NCBI RefSeq assembly: GCF_006345805.1
Contig: NC_042997.1
Span: 110,856,001 to 110,920,000, forward strand
From: Octopus sinensis
Taxonomy: Eukaryota
Reading direction: 5' to 3'
DNA length: 64,000 nt
Numbering within the stretch: position 1 is the stretch's first letter; every line of letters starts with the position of its first letter. Both the position numbers and the translations under genes were made by a program. The notes beneath the pieces were generated by a model, which did not search any database, was not told the DNA's origin, and was given only the letters and a program-made list of their open reading frames with translations. This document shows positions 38,783 through 50,780 of the stretch, one piece after another.

Positions 38783-39453
38783 GGGGCAAGAGTGGCTGTG
38801 TGGTAAGAAGCTTGCTTACCAACCACATGGTTCCGGGTTCAGTCCCACTGCATGGCACCTTGGGCAAGTGTCTTCTACTATAGCCTCGGGCTGACCAAAG
38901 CCTTATGAGTGGATTTGTTTGTGTGTCTGTGTTTGACCCTCCTCCCAACATCACTTGACAACCAATGCTGGTGTGTTTACGCCCCGTAACTTAGCGGTTC
39001 GGCAAAAGAAACCAATAGAATAAGTACTAGGCTTACAAAGAATATAAGTCCTGGGGTCGAGTTGCTCAACTAAAGGCAGTGCTCCATCATGGCCACAGTC
39101 AAATGACTGAAACAAGTAAAAGAGGGCAAACAATTCGCGAGAAAAAATATAAATTCTGGGAAATTACTTTGCTAAGATATTATTGATTTTGTTATCATCT
39201 GGAATGACTATTTTAAAAAATGAAATAGCAGAATTAATAATATAGGCGATCGCAGGCCAAAGAAGAACATTAAATAGCTGAGGGATTAAAATTAAAATTC
39301 ATCAAAGGACGTACTAAGTATGTCTCCTTGCTGGAAATAACAGTCAAAACTCTTATTTAAATCACCAAAAATACACTGATGGTAACTACGGAAATCAGCC
39401 GAAAGCAGATTAGGTTAATAAAATCTCTTAACGTACACTTAAGTATAACGACT

Positions 39454-39536
39454 CACGTGGACCGATTTCCGTACTGGCAAAATAATAAATAAATAAATTA
39501 AATTAAGTTAAATTACCTCAACATCTTCAGCATGTG
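39454..39536 (-). ncRNA. Hammerhead-like motif with long AT-rich stem II; inverted partial copy at 39578-39640
   Basis: CACAUG-CUGAAGA...GAAA-UCGG-UC^CACGUG: stem I 5/6 pairs, stem III AUCGGU close to the ACCGGU palindrome. Confidence 0.55.
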
Positions 39537-40081
39537 TTACCAAGAAGAGATAACCCCAACTACCCGTATTGCAATCTGAGCTGAAGACATTGAGGTAATT
39601 TAATTTAAATTAATTTATTTTGCCAGTGCAGAAACCACTCACAAGGCTTTGGTCGGCCTGAGGCTACATTAGAAGATACTTGCCCAAGGTGCCACAAATA
39701 TATATATATAGGCGTAGGAGTGGCTGTGTGGTAAGTAGCTTGCTTACCAACCACTGCGTGGCACCTTGGGCAAGTGTCTTCTAATGTAGCCTCGGGCCGA
39801 TCAGAGCCTTGTGAGTGGATTTGGTAGACGAAAACTGAAAGAAGCCTGTCGTGTATATATATACATATATGTACGTGTGTGTATATGTTTGTGTGTCTGT
39901 GTTTGTTCCCCCAACATCACTTGATGCTGGTGTGTTTACGTCCCCATAACTTAGCGGTTCGGCAAAGGAGACCAATAGAATAAGTACTAGGCCGACAAAG
40001 AATAAGTCCTGGGGTCGATTTGTTCGACTAAAGGCAGTGCTCCAGCATGGCCACAGTCAAATGACTGAAACAAGTAAAAGA

Positions 40082-40122
<41 letters not shown>

Positions 40123-40288
40123 GTAATATATAATTGCCAATGCAGTGTGGCGTCTTATAAAGGAGAGTGCTACTGATGTTTATAGACCCAGGAACACATC
40201 TCTTCCAGCTGGCTAACGACATATGTTCTGTATTCGATTAGTATTTGCGAGGGGAATTCATCGCTCCCATCTCTAGCCTTGAAGTGAT

Positions 40289-40335
40289 ACACACAGACTC
40301 GAGTTTCTGGGTGGCTACCCGTCCTCAGTGTGTGT
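40289..40335 (-). ncRNA. Minimal type I hammerhead ribozyme motif (separate family)
   Basis: Minus strand ACACACA-CUGAGGA-cGGGU(agcc)ACCCa-GAAA-CUCGAG-UC^UGUGUGU: 7-bp stem I, palindromic stem III ACUCGAGU, GUC triplet. The 10.1-11.1 pair is a C-A mismatch. Confidence 0.78.
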
Positions 40336-41030
40336 TAATCATCAGCTTGTGATGAAAATGCATTCCACTTGCAAAATACTCTATGCTTTTTCTAGTGACA
40401 AACTGTTGCTGACCTCAAAAAAGGGGAAATAAGCTATATTAAATCTGTGCAAGATATAATCAGAAGCATACAGAACCATAACATATAATTGCCAACCAAG
40501 TGTGGCATCCTATATATATATATATATATCATCATCATCATTATCATTTAACGTCTGTTTTCCATGCTGGCATGGACTGGACAATTTGACTGAGGTCTGG
40601 AAAGCCAGTAGCTGCACTAGGCTCTGATCTGATCTGGCAATGTTTCTACAGTTGGATGCCCTTCCTAACGCCAACCACTCCAAGAGTGTAGTGGGCGGTT
40701 TTTACATTCCACTGGCACAGGAGCCAGTCAGGCGGGTCTGGCGTCAACCACGTTCAAATAGTGCTTTTTACGTGCCACCAGCATGGGGGCCAGACAGTGG
40801 GGTACTGGCATCGGCCACGTTTGGATGGTTCTTTCTACATGCCATCGGCACAGGAGTCAGTCAGGCAGACCTGGCATTGACCACATTTGGATGGGGCTTT
40901 TTTATGTGCCATTGGCACAGGAGCCAGTCAGGGGACACTGGCCACAGCTATGATGTTGGTTTTACTTGAATCAACAGGTCTTCTCAAGCATATCATATCG
41001 CCTGATGTGCATATATATATATATATACAT

Positions 41031-41065
<35 letters not shown>

Positions 41066-41214
41066 ATATATATATATATATATAAAATGAGATAGGGGTT
41101 GTAAATTCAACCCTCCATGGGATAACATATATCCAATATACTGCTAGAGAGGTACCCAACAAGACTAATACATAAATGTTAAAAATTGTGGTGCAATTAA
41201 TTCATCCACTGTAT

Positions 41215-41249
<35 letters not shown>

Positions 41250-41507
41250 GTATATATATATATGCACATCAGGCGATATGATATGCTTGAGAAGACCTGT
41301 TGATTCAGGTAAAACCAACATCATAGCTGTGGCCAGTGTCCCCTGACTGGCTCCTGTGCCAATGGCACATAAAAAAGCCCCATCCAAATGTGGTCAATGC
41401 CTTGTTTTGTTGAATTTTCTGCTGCTTTAAATAAAGCATATTACTCTACCACTGGTATTTGAGTACTCTTTTTTCCACCTTGTTTCACATTTATGTGTTT
41501 ACTCCGG

Positions 41508-41570
<63 letters not shown>

Positions 41571-43687
41571 TCTGTGTGTGTGTTTCCCTCCATCACCACT
41601 TGACAACCGGTGTTGGTGTGTTTACGTCCCTATAACTTAGTGGTTTGGCAAAAGAGAAACTGCCTCTGGCTCTGTGTACAAATGTCTTGTCTTCATCAGT
41701 TTTGAATTAAAATCTTCCACCAAACCTTAGTCACAATTTATGTTCCTAACACTAGCTTAATGATAACTAAGTTATTTTACTAAATTCTTTGTTATATTTA
41801 AAATGAATTGAAAGAAACACAGAGCATCTCAAAATATATACAGTAACAAAAGGGTTAAAGGATGGTGATGACGACAATGATGTCAGTGCCTTTGTTTCCT
41901 TGAATCAACTTTGTGTGTGTGTGAGGAGGGGTGTCGTTGCCTGTCTGTTTAGGTATACCTAATGGCTTTACTTGCTTCCTCAGATGGTACAGATCAGATT
42001 TCAAGGATTATGGAATGCATTTCACTTCTCATTAAGCCCACCCTTGCCCACCACGCAGGCACAAAACACAAATCCTTTTATGGGTTTCAGTCGTTTCGCT
42101 GTGACCATGCTGGAGCACTGCCTTAAAGGGTTTTAGTCGAAGAAGAAATCAACTCTGGGACTTATTGTTTGTAAGCCTAGTACTTATTCTATTGGTCTCT
42201 TTTTGCCAAACCTCTAGGTTACAGGGACATAAACACACCAACATTGGTTGTCAAGTGATGGGAGGGGGGGCAAACACAGACACATAAATATATATATCGA
42301 TCGTGACCGTTGCCAGCCTACCCTGGCACCTAAAAAGCCCCATCCGTATGTGGCTGATGCCAGCGCCGCCTTGACTGGCTTCCGTGTTGGTGGCACGTAA
42401 AAAGCATCAACGGATCATGGCCGATGCCAGCCTCCCCTGGCACGTAAAAAGCACTCATTACACTCTTGGAGTGGTTGGCGTTAGGAAGGGTATCCAGCTG
42501 TAGAAACACTGCCAGATCAAGACTGGAGCCTGGTGCAGCGTCCTGGCTTCCCAGACCCAGGTCGAACCGTCCAACCCATGCTAGCATGGAAAACGGATGT
42601 TAAACGATGATGTTGATGATGATGATATATATATATACAGGCTTCTTTCAGTTTCTGTCTACCAAATCCACTCACAAGACTTAGGTTGACCCAAGGCTAT
42701 AGTAGAAGACACTTGTCCAAGGTGCCACACAGTGGGACTGAGCCCGGATCCATGTACTTGGGAACCAAGCTTCTTACCACACAGCCACACCTGTGCCTGA
42801 AACACTTGTGTATGTTTACTTATTTTACATACACACTGATGTATTATTAACCAACTTAAAGGTCAATAATTATTTTCTTCTTTGTGGTGGCGGTAGTCCA
42901 ACATGTTCCCTGCAGTGTCTGATTTCCATTTTGTTTGTGGACCAGTTAGATGTCAAGATGCTTGTATGTGTATACTGAGATGCGTTTGTATCAGTTACAT
43001 ACATAAATGTGGTGACATATAGCTTTTCTACTCTTGGGACAAGGCCCGAAATTTGGGGGAAGAGGGCCAGTCAATTACACTGACCCCAGTATGCAACTGA
43101 TACTTAATTTATTGACTCTGAAAAGATGAAAGGCAAAGTTGACCTCGGCAGAATTTGAACTCTGAATGTAAAGACAGACGAAATATCTATTTCTTTACTA
43201 CCCACAAGGGGCTAAACATAGAGGGGACAAACGGATTAAGTCGATTATATCGACCCCAGTGCGTAACTGGTACTTATTTAATCGCAAAGTCGACCTCGGC
43301 AGAATTTGAACTCAGAACGTAACCACAGACGAAATACGGCTATGCATTTCGCCCCAGTGTGCTAACGTTTCTGCCAGCTTGCCGCCTTAAAGTGATGATA
43401 TATACCAGCAACACAATGGCCTGCATATCCATGTGAATTCTTAAATGATCTTAAGATAACTTGTAGTATTTTTTTTTTGTGGCAGGTAGTAGTGGTGGTG
43501 GAGGGGTCGTTACATTCTAACTGTGATTTCTTAAAATTACTGTTAGAATGTAATACACTATTCACTTTCCTGACTTTTCTACATAATTCTATGTACTGTA
43601 CTCACACCTTTGATAAGTTATGGTGCACCTGAGCACCAGACACAATAATTTCATTATTATTATTATTATTTAAATCTCAGAATTTTA

Positions 43688-43990
43688 CAGTTCTATATTT
43701 AAGAGATGAGGGATTATGTACATTATTTACATTTGATGGATATTTGTCCTCATCTTGTTTGTTGTTAACACAACATTTCGACTGATATACCCTCCAGCCA
43801 TCATCAAGTGTCTTGGGGAAATTTCAAACCTGGGTTCTCATTCCTAAGGTATTTTTCGATGTTGTTGTTAATATTATTATTACTATTCAGATCACTGCCT
43901 GGAATTGAACTTGGAATCTTGGGGTTAGTAGCTCATGCTCTTAACCACTACGCCATATGCCCATGGGCATATGGTATAGTGTAAATAATG
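43688..43990 (-). mobile_element. Family A hammerhead SINE, full-length copy with a short inverted head stub
   Basis: Minus strand reads gggcatatggcgtagtggttaagagcatgagctactaaccccaagattccaagttcaattccaggcagtg...tail. Palindromic centre catatgcccatgggcatatg; HHR C3 mutated. Confidence 0.85.
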
Positions 43991-45491
43991 ATAATGATGC
44001 TCCCTGCAAAATCATTGAAATATGAAAGAGAGTCAGCCAAATTGTTACAACCTGCCTTTGCTTTGGATACTGACCCACCTCAGACTGACCTTGGTTTATG
44101 ATCCAAATTTCCTCTTTCAAAACCAGCTAAATAAAAGCTTCCTATCACAATTTCATGTGAAGGCATGTGGCCTAGTGGTTAGGGGTATTGCACTCACTAT
44201 CGTGAGATCAGGAGTTCAATTCCTAGACCAGCAGTGTATTGTGTTCTTGAGCAAAACACTTCACTTTGCTCCAGTTCACTCAGCTGTAAACGTGTCACCC
44301 TGCGACAGACAAACCTTCTGATCAGAGGGAATGTTGGCCTACTCAACCAGCCAGTGGGGTAGCATCATTTGTGAAATGCATTCTGACTGGTGATGTATAA
44401 CCATCATCCAATAGTCTGGTCAATCATGTGGTCACAATTTCACTTTTCCTAACACCAGTTAAATAAAGTGATTGTATGTTATTTAACTTAATGTGACAGT
44501 CCCATGAAAGGGAAGAATGCTACTGTTATTTAGCCCTAGGAAACACCATTTCCTGTTGGACTTGACACATTTCCTGTGCCTTTATGAATTCAAAGAGAAG
44601 ATAAGCACCTCCACCCAGCAAAGCCAACAGTGTTTCCTAGGGCTAAATAACAGTAGCATTCTTCCCTTTCATGGGACTGTCACATTAAATTGACAACATA
44701 CTATCACTTTATCGTGCTGCTTCTGCATAAATCTCTCTGAGAGATTTCGAAATGTATTATTTCTATTACCAGTTAAATAATCACAATTATTTCATCAAAT
44801 TCTTCATTATTTTCAAAGGAAGGCAATGTATTTCAACAGGAATATGATAAGAAAAGGATTCTTCATCTGTGGAACATCACGCAAACCAACAAATGTTTAA
44901 GGGCTGTAAAGGCCTTGCAAGAAATAGCAGTCTTCGACTTTCTCTCAAATATCTCCAATTAGATAGAATATAAGGATTATAGTAATGACTAATCCACTAA
45001 TGATATAGTAAAACTAAAGACTACACTCACCTGAAGGAAACTGAGGAGAATCCCAGCTCACTAAAATATCAACAACTGAGTCTACTTTCCACACACACAC
45101 ACACGTGTGTGTGTTCCTCAGTTCTCTTGCAGTGTACAGTGGTAACGATAGGGTTTTTTATTCTTCCATCCCTAGGAGAAACCAAGTTTACTCTATGCGG
45201 TTACTTGACTTACAAGAAATAGCAGCCTTCAGCCTTCTCCCAAATCATCGTCATTTAATGTCTGTTTTCCATGCTGGCATAGGTTGAACAATTTCACAGG
45301 AGCTGGTCAGACTCCAGTTGCCTGTTGTGGCATGGTGTCTACAGCTGGATGCCCTCCCTCATGCCAATCACTTTACAGAGTCCAAGGAGTGCTTTTTACG
45401 TGGCACCACAACTCTTAAAATTGTTTCACTCTCAACTCAAATATTGGTAACTGACAATAGATCTCATTGAACAGTTAAAGTCTTCACAGCA

Positions 45492-46057
45492 TTGAATGGT
45501 ACAACAATGCACTATAATACAGACAATGGACTATATACCTGTTGTAATTTAGTCATCCATAGTCTGATATGAGATTTCGGAATAAAATTCCTTCTTCAGA
45601 TATTCTTAGATGGAGTCGGTGCCATAATCGGTTTTCCAACAATCCATTGGAAAACTGATTACAGCAGTGACTCCATCAATTCCTAGGGATATCTGAAGAA
45701 GGAATTTTTATATTCCGAAATATATCAGACTATGGATGACTCAATTACAACAGGTATATAGCACATTGTCTGTATTATAGTGCATTGTTGTACCATTCAA
45801 AACATTTTTATTCTTTACAAACAATATACAATGCTTCAAGCAAACTACAATACTCTCCTATCTCTACGCCTGGGCCAGGCCAAGTTCGCAACCACTAGGG
45901 ATCTGAAGAAGGAATTTTATTCCAAAATATTATCAGACTAAATTGCAAGTTATTATAGCCCATTGTCTGTATTATAGTGCATTGTTGTACCATTCAAAAC
46001 CTTTTATTCTTTACATACAATACACAATGCTTCAAGCGACCTACAATACTCTCCTGC
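45492..46057. mobile_element. Penelope-like terminal-repeat array: inverted copy (45492-45604) plus two tandem copies (45688-45860, 45899-46057), each with a hammerhead-like core
   Basis: All three carry (g)at(at)-CTGAAGA-a-GGAAT..ATTCC-(G/A)AAA-t..atc. An inner hairpin 45609-45677 makes 45492-45800 one long fold-back. Confidence 0.7.
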
Positions 46058-46690
46058 CTTCAGAGCACATGTCGTACCAATACCACTCCATCCAGAAATA
46101 GTGATCTTCTTAAATTCCACCAAACAAGTGACCACATGGGAGCTGATTTTACTCTGGGAAAAACAAATGGAGGAAGTTGGTGAGAGAAAGCTTGCTTAAT
46201 ACGAGGAGCTGGTGGAGCAGTGCAGAAACGAGGGCTGGCACATCGCAAAGCAATTGAAGCAAGCTCTGGGGTTTTGTGGGGAAGTCACTCTACAAGGCTC
46301 TGATTGTGCTTAGAGTTTCTATTGCAGCAAAGAGTGCCATAAATTCCATCAGCAAAGCTTCAGAGAAGGTCCACTAGGTGGCTTTAAAGCAGGAGTCTCC
46401 AAAGTGGTCAATACTGATTCCTGGGGGTCGATGGAACTATTCAAGGGATTGGTAAATGCCTGGAAACTGCACTTCTACTTATTATTATTACTTTTTTTTT
46501 TTTCTTGTACATGCTTGGGGCTTGATGATCTCAAAAGTTTGGGGACAGCTGCTTTAAAAAGAGAAGACAGTGGTTTGTTGTTAGTGAGATGCATGAAGGG
46601 GTTTGATCCACCCCAGTTGGATCAAGTTGGAGAGGGAGCCTAATGTTAAAAAAGACCCCAGAAACATCACTAATGATGTATCTCAGAGAT
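46055..46690 (+). mobile_element. HERO/R2-group non-LTR retrotransposon 3' end (restriction-like endonuclease relic plus 3'UTR)
   Basis: HPEIVIFLNSTKQVTTWELILLWEKQMEEVGERKLA*YEELVEQCRNEGW resembles the recalled RPDIV...ELTVPWEERMEEA.ERK..KY.ELV..C...GW motif. The 3'UTR tgatccaccccagttgg...aaagaccc...catcactaatgatg also resembles HERO tails. Confidence 0.7.
46390..46551. mobile_element. hAT (Charlie-like) MITE nested in the HERO relic
   Basis: TIR caggagtctccaaa / tttggggacagctg; 8-bp TSD ctttaaag / ctttaaaa. Similar cagtggttctcaac-type MITEs lie at 6220-6411 and 48741-49103. Confidence 0.7.
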
Positions 46691-48694
46691 CATCATCATC
46701 ATCATCGTTTAACGTCTGCTTTCCATGCTAGCATGGATTGGACGATTTGACTGAGGGCTTGCGAACCAGATGGCTGCACCAGGCTCCAATCTTGATCTGG
46801 CAGAGTTTCTACAGCTGGATGCCCTTCCTAATGCCAACCACTCTGAGGAAGGGCATCCAGCTGTAGATCTTGGAATTGGAAGTATGCTTTAACACAGAAG
46901 CTGGAATGGAATTTGATGTCTTTGAAATGCTCTCATACAATGAACACTGCATTAATAATAATAATGAAAAAAAAGATACAATTGTTTTGTTGCAAATACT
47001 GACTAAATGGTGGGAAAAGAAATAAAGAACAAGTCTGGTAGGTAAGTGTCAAGGTTCTTTATTGCAATATCTCTCTACAAGATTCATCCAAATTGCTCCA
47101 AAGCTGTACAAAATTCTTTCACCCTTTTGATGCCAACCTACCTGAGACAGTTCCTGGTTCTATGCTACATACTTCCTGTTTAAAATGATTCAAATTTTAA
47201 ATTTCCATTAAAATTTCATGTTAATCTATGTTCCAAAATCCCAATTTAAAAATGATGAAGTAATTTTACTAAATTCTTCATCATTGTTTTCAGAATTAAT
47301 TGAAACAATGTTAGTGCCAACGAAAATATGGTAATAAAAAAACCATAACCCGTGGCCTTTACCTGGGATGTAGCCAGTCCACTTACACATAACTTTCCTT
47401 CTTGGGACACAAAACTCTGCTTGCGAAGACCTGTTAAGGCAAGTGAAATCGAAATCGATCAAAAATCAATGGAAATTGTAGTTGTAATACCAGTGCCGGT
47501 GACACGTAAAAGAATCATCCGAATGCGGCCGTTGCCAGCGCTGCCTTGACTGGCCTCCATACCGGTGGCATGTAAAAATCACCAACCAATCATAGCCATT
47601 GCCAGCCTTCCCTGGCACATGTGCCGGTGGCACGTAAAAAGCACCCACTACACTCATGGAGTGGTTGGCGTTAGGAAGGGCATCCAGCTGTAGAAACACT
47701 GCCAGATCAGAGCCTGGTGCAGCTACTGGCTTTCCAGACCTCAGTCAAATTGTCCAGTCCATGCCAGCATGGAAAGCAAACGTTGAACGATGATAATGAT
47801 GATGATGATGAAGAAGAGGGTTACGGTGATTTAAATTAAAACCATCTTCCACCAACATTTCACATTAATTTAGGTTCCAAACACCAGCTTAATTAGGACA
47901 AAGTTATTTTACTAAATTCTTCATAATTTTCAGAATTAATTGAAACAAAGACAATGCATTTCAACAGAAATATGGTAACAAAAGTGTTACCTTCCTCAAA
48001 CCTTTATTCAAGTCCATGGCTACATTTTCCAGATAAACCTCAAAGCCAACAGCACTCAGTAAATCTCTCCAACTTGCCATGCTTCGACCACAGGAACGCT
48101 ACAATATTCTGCTTTTATTTATAATCCCCCCCCCCCCAATTCAACTAATTTTTAAAATTTCAGTTCGGTAAATATTAGAACCGTCACTCTCAAAGATTTT
48201 GTATCTTAACAAAACAGCGAAATCTGAGTTGGTCAACCCGATGTCAGAGTTACCTCCCTTGTCCCAGTATTTAAATATTTGCCGTTAACTAATTCTGTCT
48301 TTTTCTCGTCATATAATAATAATAATTATTATTACTGTTAATTAGCATTAAAAATGCTCGTTGTATTAAATATGTTATTTCTACCTTCATTATTGTTTTC
48401 ATACAGATGACATCTTTGATTGATTCATTTTTCATTATATATATATAAATCTCAGTTACAACTGTGATGTTGTTGGTAAAACATCTTTATCTATCTCCTT
48501 ATCCTCTTGGTGATTTTGGATAAAAAGAAAACTATACGAATTAATCCTTCGAATTTAACTAAATTCTATACTTTTATACAGCTGAAGATTGCTCTACATT
48601 TTAAATTGATGTAATGTTTGCATTGTTCAATTAAATAGAGTCGCATGAATCAATCGTACTGCATTACCTCTGGATATCCTTGTTGCGTATTTTG

Positions 48695-48734
<40 letters not shown>

Positions 48735-49545
48735 TATACATAGTGATTCTCAACCAATTTTTTTACCTATGGACCCTTTTGGGTACTATTTTATCCTGGT
48801 GGACCCTCATAGGCATTCCATGTTTCAAAACTAGCTTTATAGATACTTCTTTCAAAATTCCTATTTCATTTTTGCCCCCACATTCACTTGTATGGGTTTG
48901 CAATAACACTCTCTGAGAGACACATGTTTCAGTGGCCGGAAACCTTAAATTCTGTAAAACATCAGAGAAAGAAACCAAACTGTCTTTTGCAATAAATATA
49001 TTAAAAAAATGGACCCTTCAAATACTACCGAGGATCCCCAATTTACTATTTTGCTTGTGTAGACCCCAAAAGATCTAATACGGACCCTAGCTGGGAACCA
49101 TTCATCTAAATCAATCTATCTCTGAGAGGGCTTTTCCCCTTCAAACACAATTCTACATTTCATTGGTGTTTGCCATATAGAGAAATGCTTCCCTAAATAA
49201 AATTGCACTTCAGTTTTTGGAGCTGCAAAGAAGTTATAAGCTGGCCTCCTTCCCACACAAAGTAAATCAATCAGAGTCTCCCTGATGTTCAAACCACTGG
49301 AATAAGTTGAGTATTATTTGTTTATAAGGTGGCTACCTGGCCCCTAAATGACAAATGCCAAGCTCCTTGGGTTAGCACAACTAATAATCATTGATTTTGT
49401 TGATAAAATTCAATTATTGTCTCATGGAGAATAGATGAAGTTTGGCAACAGGAAGAGCATCAGACTACAGAAAACCTACCTCCACAACTCCATCAGACCC
49501 ATGCAAATGCACATCTCCTTAACTCCATAATCTCTCCTGACCTAC

Positions 49546-49663
49546 CTTTTATCTCACCGATTTTAGATGGTGGCAGCCATAAATATGTTGGCCTGATAGG
49601 AAAAGCTGGGATAGGGGAAAGTTTCTGCAGGGAATTCCATTGGTTTGTACTCATCTTCTGCAC
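49546..49663 (-). other. Candidate 118-bp spliced exon of an unidentified minus-strand transcript
   Basis: Strong acceptor ttattttttgttcctttcAG|GTG and donor AAAG|GTAGGT around non-repetitive sequence; product not recognised. Confidence 0.35.
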
Positions 49664-49889
49664 CTGAAAGGAACAAAAAATAAAATAAAATAAGTGCACT
49701 TCATTGATGATGAAGATTCAAACTCAAGATTGTTTCTGCCTTAATTGATTTCCTTTAATTCTTCCGAAATACTTACAGACAGGTATGACTATGGTTAGCG
49801 TTTGTCTTAAATGCCTAAGTCAAGCTTTGTGAGTGGACTTGGTAGATGAAAACTGATACAAGAGTGTGTGTGTTGAGTATTTATGTGTG

Positions 49890-50780
49890 AAATCAGCTGA
49901 TTGCTTATTAATCTGGTGGCCACACAAAACAGATTGACTACATTCTCACCAGGATATGGGAGACTGTTGCTAACAAAAGCAAGGGAAGAATGAACTCCTC
50001 AACATAGGTTTTGGGCTAGAAGAACCCCAAGAAGTAAACCAGTCTGGAAAAAGGAAGATATGGAAGCTTAAGGTTCCTTTGAATAGTCAGAGATTTAGAG
50101 ATATTCTACGTGAAGCATTTTACAAGAAGGATGTTGAGACGTGTAACAAAGGACAACTGGAAGTTTTTAAGGAATAGACAGTGAGTCAGAGAAAATTGTG
50201 ATGTTGTAGGTGAGAAGTGTGTTCAGATGGATGATGGGACACTTTCTGAAAAGGAAAAGGTATAGAAGTCCCACAATGAAAGGCCGTTAAATATGGAGAA
50301 CGCATAGGAAAAGGAAAGTCTTCCTAATGTGGATCCGACAGAAGAACTAGCTACCCGAGTTGACAGTAGCTTGATAGATAAAGCAATTAAAGATAGGAAA
50401 ACAGAGAAAGATTCTGGCCCATCAGGAATTGCTGATGCTTAAAATATCTAGAGAGACACAGCCTAGTCACCTGTAAAAATAATAATGTAGTCAACTGCTA
50501 CAATGGTAAAGGAGATGCTTTAAATAGAAGCAAATTGAGGCATTGAAATGCTGGATCACATCATGGAAGTTACAGAAAGGGTCATAACTGGACTTAATTA
50601 AGAAGAGAGTTAACCTAAATGAGACAGTTTGGTTTTGTGCCAGGGAGAAGTATTACTGATAGTGGCTTCCCTGGAAAAGCAACAAGAGAAGTGTTTAGCC
50701 AAAAATAAGCTGCTGCACTTGACATTTGTTGACATGGGGGGAGCCTTTAACAGGGTCCTTTGCTTCCTCATTTGGTGAGG
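49890..50780 (+). mobile_element. Highly degenerate RTE LINE (endonuclease-RT linker to RT N-terminus)
   Basis: QIDYILTR, KAIKDRKTEKDSGPSGI, FGFVPGRSITD, FVDMGGAFNRV. Confidence 0.75.

Noticed and set aside
45071-45128. Minus-strand CUGAGGA-(ac)n(gt)n-GAAA-GUAGAC-UC hammerhead-like string
   Set aside because: Stem I does not pair and stem II is a microsatellite; could be chance.
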